In this document: in pieces, positions 26,419-38,300 of the stretch
Layout of the letters: each line of letters begins with the position of its first letter
Numbering within the stretch: the stretch's first letter is position 1
Translations under genes and position numbers: made by a program
Notes under the pieces: generated by a model
What the model was told of the DNA's origin: nothing
Seen by the model: only the letters and a program-made list of their open reading frames with translations
Databases searched by the model: none
From: Prorocentrum cordatum
Taxonomy: Eukaryota
Reading direction: 5' to 3'
DNA: 64,000 nt
Assembly (NCBI GenBank): GCA_963575745.1
Contig: CAUYUJ010000059.1
Coordinates: 1 to 64,000 of the forward strand

Positions 26419-26907
26419 GGTCGCGATCGGGCAATGAATCAGCCTGGATCGGTTTGCGCGCTTATAAGGCCATACCACAAGCGCAAATTCAGATGGGACT
26501 GTCTGGTTGGCGTCCTGATAATCTATAGCGCCCTGACCATCCCGTTCCGCGTCGGCATGGATGTCGACAAGTCGGGTATCGAGACGGGCATTGACTTGTT
26601 GGTCGACTTGTTCTTCTGCGTCGACATGGTGCTCAATTTCAGGACGGGCTTTGTGGACGGCGACGGGCTGATCAACACGGTGCCAAGCGAGATCCGAAGC
26701 CGGTACTTGAAGACATGGTTTGGTATTGATTTGTGTTCTACGGTGCCCGTGGACCACCTGATGGACCTCGTGGCCTTGGCCACCGGGTCGGACGGGTCGG
26801 GGAGATCGGCCAGGGCCCTGAAGATGTTCAAGACCCTGCGCCTGCTGCGCCTGCTGAAGCTGGCCCGGCTTCTGAAGATGGGCCGCCTGGTCCGCTCTTT
26901 CGAGGAG
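26419..26907 (+). CDS. CNBD-family voltage-gated K+ channel (KCNH/HCN/CNG-like), exon encoding S1-S4
   Basis: The translation has IRPYHKRKFRWD..YSALTIPFRVG (S1), DLFFCVDMVLNFRTGF (S2), YLKTWFGIDLCSTVP (S3) and KTLRLLRLLKLARLLK (S4). The donor is GAG|GT at 26907/26908. The 5' boundary (cag|G at 26418/26419) is tentative. Confidence 0.9.
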
Positions 26908-27099
26908 GTGTCATGGGTAAAACGACGCGAAGATCGGGACAAAATCGGATCGGGACAATTCGAAATCTCCGAGAACCGGCGGGCTTGGAGGATGTATTGG
27001 GCGCCGCGGCCGCTCTCAGAGCGTTCCAGAACGCTCTGAGAGCGCGCCGCGAACGCTTTGGAGCGATTTATCCCGATCCTCGCCCTGTTTTTCAGGGGC

Positions 27100-27283
27100 A
27101 ACGTCAGGGGGGGATAGGCTCTGAGGAAACGCATCGACCCTCAATTGTCCACTCATCGCCGATCGGGGCCCGATGGCCCATCCTGTCCAGGAGCGTGCAG
27201 TGTCGTTTTATAGGGGGCCTATCGACGACGCGTCGCCGATGACAGGTCGATGTTTCCTCCCCTGAGCCTACCCCCCTTGACGT
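27100..27283. mobile_element. MITE-like element inside a channel intron
   Basis: ~38-bp imperfect inverted repeats: ACGTCAGGGGGGATAGGCTC..CATCGACC pairs with GGTCGATG..GAGCCTACCCCCCTTGACGT. Confidence 0.6.
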
Positions 27284-27294
27284 ACATCCCAAAG

Positions 27295-27761
27295 GTGGTT
27301 GAAGTCTCGCCCATTGTTGTCAAATGCTTTAAGTTATCCGGGCAGCTTATCATTCTCGCCCACGCCATCGGCTGCTTCTGGTTCCACATGTCGACTCACC
27401 AGGACGTCAATGCTGACGGGTGTTCGTCGGGAATGTTGGGTTGTTCACCGGGTGATTCGGCCACCACGTGGTGGGAAGAGATCAACATTACTGCAGACGA
27501 CAAGGGGGAGCAGTACATTGCGTCCTTGTATTGGGCATTCACTACCATGACGACGGTCGGCTACGGCGACATTATTCCCAAAAACAGCTACGAGCGAGTG
27601 TACGCTATCATGGCCATGCTGCTGGGGGCGCCCATCTTCGGCTACATCGTCGGGTCCATCGCTGCGCTGGCGGGCCAGAACAACAGCACCTTTGAGGCGC
27701 AGGGGAAGAAGCGAGTCGGCACCGCGCTGGAGTTCTGTGCCGAGCAGCAGGTGGGTAGGAG
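27295..27761 (+). CDS. K+ channel exon encoding S5, pore and S6
   Basis: AHAIGCFWF (S5), YIASLYWAFTTMTTVGYGDIIP (K+ selectivity filter) and IFGYIVGSI (S6). The aag|G acceptor is in phase 0 with the previous exon. The donor is AG|GT at 27761/27762. Confidence 0.92.
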
Positions 27762-27765
27762 GTAC

Positions 27766-27912
27766 CGGGGCTCGACCTAAACGGTGTCAGGGTGATTCCG
27801 TGGGCCGCTCTCGCTTCGACCTCGTTTCGCATATCAAGGGCGGAACGAGGGCAGCACGAGGGAAAGCGAAGACGAGACCACAACGGAAGACACAGTCATA
27901 GGTCTAGCCCTG
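27766..27912. mobile_element. hAT-like MITE forming an intron (introner-type element)
   Basis: The 8-bp direct repeat GGAGGTAC flanks it at 27758-27765 and 27913-27920. The TIRs are CGGGGCTCGACCTA and the reverse complement of the right end, CAGGGCTAGACCTA. Confidence 0.8.
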
Positions 27913-27916
27913 GGAG

Positions 27917-28574
27917 GTACCGCGAGCGGCTGCACAAACACTACCAGTTCTTGTATCAGCAGCGCGCTCCACACCTCGAGCCGCACCTGCTGGCGTCGCT
28001 GTCTGGCCCGCTGCGGAGGGAGGTCACCGTGCTCATCAACCGCCACGCCATCAGCAAGATCTGCCTATTTGGCGCCGGGTCAAGCGACACGCCCGACCAG
28101 CAGCTGCCGAGGTGGTTCGTGGCGTGGGCGATGCGGCTACTGGAGCCGCAGACGGCCGCAAAGGGCCACGACATCCTGATCGCGGACGAGCAGGCCGCCC
28201 CGCACGAGATCTTCTTCGTGTACGAGGGCTACTGCGAGGCGTACCTCCAGGCGCCCAGGTGCAACCGCGCCAGGAATCTGCCCGTGGACGTGCTCGAGAT
28301 ATCGTCCGCCGACGGGACGGAGGACACACCAGGCTCCGCTGCGCGCCACTCCGGGGGGGCCCACCACCGCCGGGAGCAGCAGGGCGGGGCCAAGTCCCCG
28401 GAGACCGCCGGGAGCAGCAGGGAGGACGCCGGCGCGCACGCGGACGCGGGCGGCGCCGCGCCACGGGCCTCCCTGTCGAGCTCGACGACGCTGATGGTGT
28501 TGGGGCCGGGGTGCATGTTCGGCCTGGAGCACCAGCTGGACAAGAGCCTCCATTACTCGGTGCGGTGCGGCAGG
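27917..28574 (+). CDS. K+ channel exon encoding the C-linker and most of the cyclic-nucleotide-binding (homology) domain
   Basis: RERLHKHYQFLY..LLASLSGPLRREV (C-linker), then EIFFVYEG and LGPGCMFG..YSVRC (CNBD strands). It splices in frame with the previous exon (VGRR/YRER). The putative donor is a non-canonical GA at 28575. Confidence 0.85.
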
Positions 28575-28891
28575 GACCGTGGGCGAGAAGAAGGCTGACA
28601 GAGGAGGAGGAGGAGGAGGAGGAGGAGGAGGAGAATGAGGGGGAGGGGAGGGGAACACAGGAGGAGGGGGGAGGACGATGATAGGGACGAGGGTGATAGG
28701 GGGGACGAGGGACAGGAGTCCGCGGCCTCGCGGGCTGGGTCCCTGGGCCGCGACCCCGCGGATACGGGGCGTTTTTTCACGGATGCCCCGCGCAGAACGT
28801 GTCCGTGCAACGGCGTATCCGAGGGACCGCGTCTCCGAATCCAGAGCGCGAGGGCGCGGGTACGGATAGGTATGTTCGCCGCTCGTGAGAG

Positions 28892-29019
28892 GAGGCGACC
28901 TGCTTGTTGTACGTGCTCAGGCAGTCGGCGATCGTGGAGGTCGCGCAGGCCTCGCCGGAGATGGCTTCCACCCTGCGCAGCGCAACGACCGCCGCCCTGC
29001 TCCGCCAGATGAAGCTGAG
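28892..29019 (+). CDS. K+ channel exon encoding the end of the CNBD
   Basis: ag|GAG acceptor. EATCLLYVLRQSAIVEVAQASPEMASTLR continues the CNBD pattern (C.L..L....). The 3' boundary is uncertain (AG|GT at 29019/29020, or slightly later). Confidence 0.65.
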
Positions 29020-29593
29020 GTCGGCAGACTACGACTGGATCCGGCGGCACCCTGGGCGTGGGCGAGGATCGGGACAGGAGGAGGAGGAGGAGGAGGAGGC
29101 GAGGCTTCTGGGGCGCCCGTGGGTGTCGCGGGGGTGGCCGCGCGGTCGGGCTCCGCGGTCGCGGGCCAGGGGGGTCTCTGTTTACCCCAGGGGCGGGGAG
29201 GACAGCGGGAGTCGACACTGACGGGGGTCAGCCAAACCTTGCTGGCTGGAGGCATATCTCTAGCACTGTGATTGGCATGGCCTTGTCTCGATGCCGATCT
29301 CAAGGAGGATGTCCTCAGTTTCCGAGGACGCATTCCTACGATTGTCGTCGCTTTCAGGCCTGCCCATCCTGGGGATAGGGATAAACTCAAGGCTGGTTAG
29401 GTGGTCTCAGGGCCCCCCAGACGGGCAACATCGGGTCGAACCTCGAACACATACTTTCGGAGGTTCGCATGGACTTCTTGGATCGGTGATAGACCCCTAG
29501 CGGCGCCTCCGGCGCCGCCCCTGGCGCGCTCCGCGCGCCTGGAAGGGGGTCCAGCGCCGATCCACGGAATCTGCGTTGTTCTCCGAGATGTTA

Positions 29594-30472
<879 letters not shown>

Positions 30473-31579
30473 GCGCAGTTTTTGGCTCCTTCAGAACTTT
30501 GCCCATCCTTCGTTCTCTCCAGGTGGGATTTACAGAGTCCTGGTCAGCAATGTCCTGGTCCAGGGGGCCCTGGTAGCCGCGACCCTCGGGCAGCGAAGTG
30601 CGCAGAGCGCGAAAGTAACCCACGGCAGGCTCGCGTCGTGTCGGCGCGGCGGCGACCCCGCCGCGGCCGTCCAGAGGTTGAGCGCCGCCACCGGCCCAGA
30701 ACAGCAGCCGACCCTTCAAGGTGACCGATCTCCTCCTCCTCCTCCTCCTCCTCCTCCTCCTCCTCCTCCTTTTACCAGCAGCTACCGTCAGGGCTACAGG
30801 CCTCACCCCTAAGAGGTGAGCCACGCAGCGAGAGACACCAGCTGCCAAGGTCTTGCTTGCTTGCTCCTCCTCCTCCTTCGTCCGAGCCAAGATGGGACGA
30901 CCTGGCGATCGAGAAGCAGCCGACCCTTCAAGGTTCAAAGATGCACGCGGTGTCAGCCAGCAGCGCCCGGGCCGTCGCGACACGGGCCTGCCGCAGGTGG
31001 GTGACCCAGGAGGGTGAGGATTGCCCCCCCCCCCCCCCCCCCGCTTAGGGCGTTCCCAAAGGGGCCTGTTCTTCGGGGAATCGGGCTGCGGGCTGTTGAC
31101 GTCTGGCCAGTTGCGGAGGCCGGCGACAGGCCGACCAGAGACGGGGGACGTTCAAACATATTTCAGGCGCTTCGCATCAGCCCATCCAGAGACGATGCCC
31201 AGGCGAGTTGCCCTGATCAGGGATGTGGAGGAGAACGCAGTGGAAGAAAGGGCTGGGTAAGACCTCGTGCCCCAGGAAGGGGAGGAAGGAGGAGGAGGAA
31301 GAGGAGGAGGAGGAGGCTGATGGGAGGCGAAGGAGGGTCGAGGAAGGAGGAGGAAATGGCGGATGACGAGGAGGAGGTGCTGATTATAATGAGGGTGATC
31401 GGGTCAGGAGAACAGTTGCACTATTTTTACCGAGCGCGCGTCGCGATCGATGCCGTCTGGCTCAAGTGACTGATCACTACCGTTCGTGTCGAGCGGATCG
31501 GTCTGAGAAAACATCGTCTTCGTTCCCGTGCCTATCCTCCCCGAGGGTTTGCATGGTAGCGGGCGAAGTAAAATTGCGA

Positions 31580-33150
31580 GCAATGGCGGGCGCTGCCGCT
31601 GCCGTAGCCGTTGTAAGACCAGCTGATCCAGGGCGCGAGTTAAACACGCCACAAGACCAGGACAGGTGGTTCAACCTTAATATGGCTCGGTTCGCTGAGT
31701 TTTGCGAGGTTGCCTTTTACAATGGGGACTACAGTTACGTGAGCGTCGCGCTACGAGCCAACCATGAATACATGAAAAAGCTCATTGAACGACGAATCTC
31801 GCCAGGGCGGGGAAAACTACAAGTGAAGAGAGTGTATGGCCTGCTGCGCATGGGTCAGAAGATGAGTTCGTGGTCTAAGTGTGGCGCATAGAAACCTGTA
31901 CGCCGACATCGAGTCAAAATGATGCAAGGAACGGTTAGAACACCTAGAAGCCCAGGTGGAGCCACAGAAAAGCACATTTCGACAGCGTTACCAATACAGT
32001 GGAGTTCGTAGCGGAGAGCAAGCACAAACAGGCGCATCCTGGTTCCAAACCAATTACCAAATACAAGGCCGTGCAGTAGTTAAAGACATTCGATTGTGAT
32101 CGAGGCGACCTCAGGGAATGCAGCGAAAAGTTTCTTGACGTCTTCGGAAAGGTGTGCCCGAAGTGTCGCAAGTCACTCAAGGACCTGAACAGCAAAGCTG
32201 AAGACAATGGACGGTGTGCTAGACGAGTGGGAAGACGACGTGGCTGGGATATTCTGCGGTAGGTTAACGGTTGCTGATTACGCAAAAGCGTCAGCGATTA
32301 AACAACAAGATGATGACGACAAGGGTGAACTTGTGTTTGAGGGCGATAGCTGCGCATTTTAGATATGGACCTGCGGCGCATCCCCATCGACAAGCCGGAC
32401 GGGGTGGAGCCGCTAGAAAAGTTGACGGGGCTGCGCGGAGGAAGCGGACTGCAGGCGCACCGAAAATATGCAAGGGATGCTCGGCAGTTCCAGGCGTTGC
32501 CCTCTCAGCCAAGATGAGCTTGGCCAGGAGCCCGGGCCACCCCAAACATGTCGGATACGTAGCATCATTGTTAGAGCAGTGGGCGGCGCGAGTGGAAATG
32601 CTGGAGAAGCTCGGACCGGCGCGCTCCTTGAACCTGCCGTTCCGCATCGCTGCCATACGAAAAAAACACCATGTCACATGCCATTGATTGTTTTGAGGAT
32701 TTTCACCAGGAGTATCTCAAAATTCCTCACTCGCTAATATAGGGAGGTGTTCAGAAACTGCACGCGTAATGCGATGCTTGGGCCCGCGCGAAGACGTGGG
32801 ACGCGGGCGCGCAGAGAAGGCGCCAGCGCCGTGGGAATCGGAAGCGTCGACAACGTCAACGACGACACATGGAGAGATGAACGCGAGTGGAACGACGCAG
32901 GATACGTCGACGACAGCGACCATTGGTGGCCAGATGAACAGCGGCACCAGTAGGACCAGGAGAACATGCAGGATGAAGACGCAGGGGCGAACGTCACCAA
33001 CAAGGGAGAAGGCAAAGGAAAAGGCCCCGAATGTTACGCGCGCGGGGGTTTTGGGCACGCCGCAACTGCCGAGCACGGAGGACAAGTACCAAGAAAAGAA
33101 GCAGTCGCACGCAGTGCGCACGGCCAGCGCCCCAAGGTCAAAGTAGGTCG
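31580..33150 (+). mobile_element. Decayed gag-like region of an LTR retroelement
   Basis: LLEQWAARVEMLEK helical region and a degenerate zinc knuckle KGEGKGKGPECYARGGFGHAA (C-x2-C-x4-H remnant). Interrupted by stops. Confidence 0.5.
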
Positions 33151-33469
33151 CGGAGGCAATGGGGGGGGGGGGCTCAGGGCCAGGGGACCGGGGTCAAGGA
33201 GGTCGCGCTGTTGTCTCCGAGGGTGGGCGCTGCGCCTGCGGATGCGAGGCGTACCTCGCCGCCGACCGTTCCAGGGGAGTGGGCGCGACTGCGTTTGAAC
33301 AACCGCAGAGCGGGCAGGAAAGTTCAACAGCGCCGAGCATCTTGCTCGGGCAACCCCAGCCCTCGGCACGTCGCAGCGCGGAACCGGAACAGCTATCCGG
33401 CTAGCAGGATACATGCCCCCTCCGAACAGCGCCGACGAGTGACGAAACAGCAGCGACAAAGAACAGACA

Positions 33470-34648
33470 TATCATGAAAACCTTCCATCTAAAGAGCACT
33501 TACCAACGCAAATGCGGAGAGAACTGCGCGCGCCGCGTTGATTTCGACGGCGGGGTTAGAAAGTTCATCGAGCACTGGAAACGCCAGTTCGGAACGCGCG
33601 CGGAAGGGCAGCCGGCGGAGAGGCCGGGCGACGCAGCTGCAGCTGACGCGGCCCTTCAGAAACAGCGAGTGGACGGGTTCGAAACAGCGGCGGCTGCACT
33701 CGACTAGGGGCCCCCCGACAATGCGGGCCCGCTTCAGTTTGGCCCGTGCCGCCCCGCTAAACCAACTGAGGCGCCCCAGTCATGCAAGCGCAACAGCGCC
33801 GCCAACGGGTCCGTTGCCCGCGACAGCGGCCAGACAGTGGCCAAGGGCAAACATGAAGGTTGCGCCGAGGTTGCCATGCCCATTCAAGCTGCGGGCGCTA
33901 GCAAGGCACTTGGGTCGGCCAGAGATTTCCTAGACGCCGGTGACCGAATTGCGCGGGGCAGAGACGAGCGCGGGAGATCCCGCAGTTACTTGGAGCGAAA
34001 AGCGAGCGGGCACAGGGCCGTTGAGAAGTAGAAGGGGGGCAAGCCCCAATTCAACATCAGAGCGCTCAGGAAAAGCAGGAGACGAGGCCCAGGGTCACCA
34101 AGCGCGGGAAGTTAACGGGGGCGAGAATTTTCTGGGGCAGGGGGCCCTCGCAGAGGGCCAGTTCCACTTGGCCCCCGCCGACCTGCGAGCCCCATTCAGG
34201 CAGCAGCTATCTTGGAGTCAGTGAATCAAGTGATACAGATGACGGCGAGCAGTGCGCTGAGCGACGCAGGGGGCGCATTCGCAGGGGGGGGGGGCAGAGT
34301 TTCCAGAGAAGGCGCATTGCGCCGCGAGACCAAGTGTTGAAGAAGTAGAGTTGCACTGCGCAGCTCATCTACCTTGTCGAAGTCGACGCCCCCATTGGCC
34401 AGGGGGCTAGGCCAGACGGCGCAAGCACGCCGAGCAATCAGAGAGGAGACAGGAAGAGAAGCGACTGCTCTTCCAGTTGATTGCGCGCGGTTAAAGCGCC
34501 AGCAAGGAGAGGGCGAGGGCGCAGAGAGGCAACCCCAGGATAGCGACGCGCGGGGGTGAAACAGAAAGACCAATTTTGAGCAAGGCGATTAGAAGAAAGG
34601 ACTGGCCCCGTATTGAATTGAACTAATGCGCGCTATGATTGCGTTCAG
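33470..34648 (+). mobile_element. Decayed LINE ORF2 fragment leading into array unit 1
   Basis: FIEHWKRQF linker-like peptide and weak RT-like remnants, contiguous with the RT-tail-like start of the array. Confidence 0.35.
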
Positions 34649-35258
34649 AAGCTTCAGAAAAGTTGCTGTTGAGGGTGATGGTGGGCGTGCGATCATCGCT
34701 CTCGAGAGCGCAGTTAGAGCCTCGTGCGATCTGAACAGGGGAGCGCATGTCAGCCCGGCGGGGGGCCATTCCAACGTTTGGATCGGAAAGGCAATCATGA
34801 AAGCGCAGAGACAAGGTAGAGCCCCGACAAGTGCGCTCGACAACAAGTAAAACATGGAATAGGTGAAAATCACGCGCCCATATCATTGTTCGCGTCGCGC
34901 GCATCATTGGCCATGAGTAAATGCGCAATTGGCGCCGACGGAAAGACGGCCCACGAGGAATTCAGGGGCATGACATGTTGACGGGCAGTTGCCCGAATTC
35001 GCGGAATGCGCGACGTTTCACGAACTTCCACCCAAGAAGCAGGGCGAGGAGTTCTTATCGGCACCAACAGTGTCTGTCGAAGACTGATCATGGGAACGGC
35101 GCAAGGAGCCGTTAAAGCGGGAAGGAAGCGAAGGGGAAAGATTGGACATTGAGGCAGTTCCAGCCGCGCAAGGGCTTGCCGCGGCAAAGAGATCCTAACG
35201 CGGCGAGCAACGAAGTGAAGGATCGCACCGCTGCGCCCAGGGTTCGACCTCCGGGAGG

Positions 35259-35307
35259 TTGGTTTCGCCGGTGCTAAGAGTGAATTCAGCGTGGATTTGC
35301 GTCTTCG

Positions 35308-35383
<76 letters not shown>

Positions 35384-38300
35384 CATTTTTTTATGATATG
35401 CGCACGTCAATCGATCATGTGGCTCGGGCGTTCGTGTGAATGCCGTGTGGCCAGCGAATTTCGAATGTCTTCCGTGCCCTTGATCCTTCCTCATCGTATT
35501 CATTTATCTTATTCCTCTTGCCTGCATTGTTTTTCTCTTCATTTCCCTCCCGCTGTCATCTTCTTTTCTCAGGGCCTGCGACAGGATCCAACAGGGCGCC
35601 GGGAAGACTGCAAGTGAGCTCGAGGAGAGTCCAGCAGGTCCCGAGAAGGATTGCAAGCAGGCCCTAGGGTCCCAAGACAGGCTTTGTAGGGGTCCAAAAC
35701 AACTTGCAGACCTGTCTCCTCGCATATGTTCTGACGCGTTTCGGCCGTGGTCCGCGGGATTCTACTGTTCATCCGCCTTTTTGCCTTCATTTCCGACGCC
35801 TCGCGTATTTCCGCCAGCCAAGGCAATAGCAATCACCAGGCGAGTTGCCTCGATCAGCATGTGTAGCAGCACGCGGCGCCGCAGCGAACCGAATGTGTTT
35901 TCACTGGTTCTGTGCGGGAGGAGCAAGAGGAGGTGGAGGAAGCGAAGGAACAAATATGGTGGCGAAGGACCAGTAGTGACGAAAGAATAGGGACAGCGAA
36001 AGGATGGACGCGTGCTGGAGGAAACAGCAACATGCTAGAGCATGAGAAGGTCGGAAGGATGATGAGGGACCTGAAGGGGGGGGGGAGGGTTACGAGGAGC
36101 CAGGGGGAGGTAGCTACCGCATTGGTGATCCGCGCAGAACACCAGTGCGCCGCATCCTTTCGTAAACGAGGATGTAGGAATGTGCCGGATGGGGAGGTGG
36201 GAGGAGCATGGGGGAGGTAGGAGGACACGGGGGTAAGAACACCCAGGACGAAGCAGTTCCGGAGACGGTGCCCAGGCAAATTGCGTTGATCAGGAACGTG
36301 CGCCAGCATGGTGCTCAACCAAGAGGGCGACGCCGTTTACGTTAGAAACGCGAGGACGGCGCAGGAGGAATCGGAGGATTAACAGCAGCGGGGAAGGCGG
36401 ACAAGGAGGAGGATGACGGGGAAACGGAGGAGGGGCGGGATGAGGACGAGGAGTAGGAAAAGGAATGATGGGAGAGAAAAAGTCACGACGACGGCCAGAA
36501 TCAATCATGGAGGTTGTTGTTTGTTTTCCGCGCACGGCTCTTGTTAGAAGCCCCTTGGGGTGATGTGTGGGCCATTGTGGAGCTAATGTGGAGCCATTTT
36601 GGGAGAGCCTACGGCGTCCTCCTGAGGCTGTTTCGGGCCTCCTTGGGATCCTCTTCGGGGTCTCGTGGGCCCGTCTTGGAGGCCTTGTGGGCCCTCTCGG
36701 GGCCATCTTGGAAACGCCGTCAGTCAAAGAGTACGGAGGGAGGGTCCTTGCAGCGTCCCCTCGCTGGAGCCGCCCACGTCGCCTCTTGGCGCTCTCTTGG
36801 GGCGTTCTTCGGCTGCTCTTGAGCGCTCTCGGCGCCGTCTTTGGGCCCGTCGGGTTCTTCTGGAAGGCCATCTCAGGCCAGCGTGGCCGTCTAGAGGCCT
36901 CAAGAGCCCATGGAAAACGAAAAGGCGACGAGACATAACACATAGCACGCAATGGTTTTCACTTTTTTTTTTGTCTTGGAGGCCTCCTTGGAGAGCTCGA
37001 AGGGCACTCGGGGCCGTCTTGAAGCGGTCTTGACGACTCTCAGAGGCATGTTGGAGGCTATTCGGAATCGTCCTGAGATGCATCGAGCGATATTGGAGGC
37101 GTATCTGGGCTCCTTGCAGCCATCTCGGATACATTTTGGGCCGTATTGGGCGCTCCAACGACCCGCGGCTACCTCCCCGCGCATGAAGGATTGGGCGGGG
37201 AAATGGGGAACCGTGTCCATGAAGGGGAAGAATGGGCTTGGATGAATTATTTCGTCACGCCGCTCACGCTTCAAGGGGTGCTGGGATTCCTGTCTCCCTC
37301 CGGCCCTCTCCTGCGGCGTGCCCCGCCCACTCCCTGCGACTTCTCCCCCGCCCCCTCCCTCCTTCCAGGCCCCGCGCGCGGCCTTGTGAAAACTTCGGGA
37401 AGAAAGACAAAAACTCGTTTTGAATACCTCTCCGAATTCTTGGTGGATTTTTCCTTGGGCGCGCGCATCGAAAAAAACGCGCGCGGAAAAATCCGGGGGG
37501 CACCCGGAAAAATTCACGCGGTTTCCGGGGCAAATTCACATTTGGATTTGGAAAAATCCGGGCAGAATTCACTCGAGAATCCGGGATAGTATTCCCAGGC
37601 GGCCGTGGGAAAATCCCACCAGCCATGCAGAGCGCGGGCGGTGGTTTAACGGGCTAGCTTATCCGCGCGTTTCCCCCTGGCAGGGACGGGGACCCCCCCC
37701 TGCCCTCTCGTCCCTGGGCGTGGACAGAGAGTGACCGCGGGGCGGTGGAGTGCCCGAAATGGCCGAAGACGGTTCCAAAGGAACCGCAGGCGACCCAAGA
37801 AGGATTCCGAGATCGCTCCATATACTTGCAGATGGTACAATTTTGCTTCCAATGTGCCTCCAAGCCCCCTCAAGACCGCCTCGTGACAGCCCGCAATTGT
37901 CTTTCGAGCTCTTGAAGGAGGCCTCCAACGGGTTCAACTCCTGAACAGTCACTGTGCGCTTCAATGTTTTCCTTCTCGCCTTTTTGCTTTCCGTAGTTTC
38001 TAGAGGCCTCGAGGTGGCTGCGAGTTGGTTTGGACTTGCTTTGAGAGGGGGCCATCAGGGCCCAAGTCGGCTCCAAGAGCACCAAAGAGCGGCCCAAAAC
38101 GCTTCGAGGGCGTCGCAAGAGGGCCGCATTTGGCGACTGGGGGGCTCGAGAAGGAATGGGGCGTTTCTAGGGCCCCACTTCTTTGACCGACGGCTTCAAG
38201 ATGGCCCCAGGAGGACCCCCAAGGCTTCCAAGAGGGGCCCAGGATATCCCCGAAACGACCCGAAGAGGGCCCCAAGGGGCTCCGAGACAGCCGCCAAAGG

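Noticed and set aside
35316..35385. Poly-T tract as a retrocopy poly(A) tail
   Set aside because: It lies in the subterminal region of the TIR element, whose opposite end is correspondingly A-rich. No associated retrogene is visible, and the length may be a homopolymer artefact.
36595..36605. AGCCATTTTGG SL-like match
   Set aside because: It lies within a repeat rich in GGCCATCTTGG-like motifs and lacks the CTCAAG end, so it is probably coincidental.
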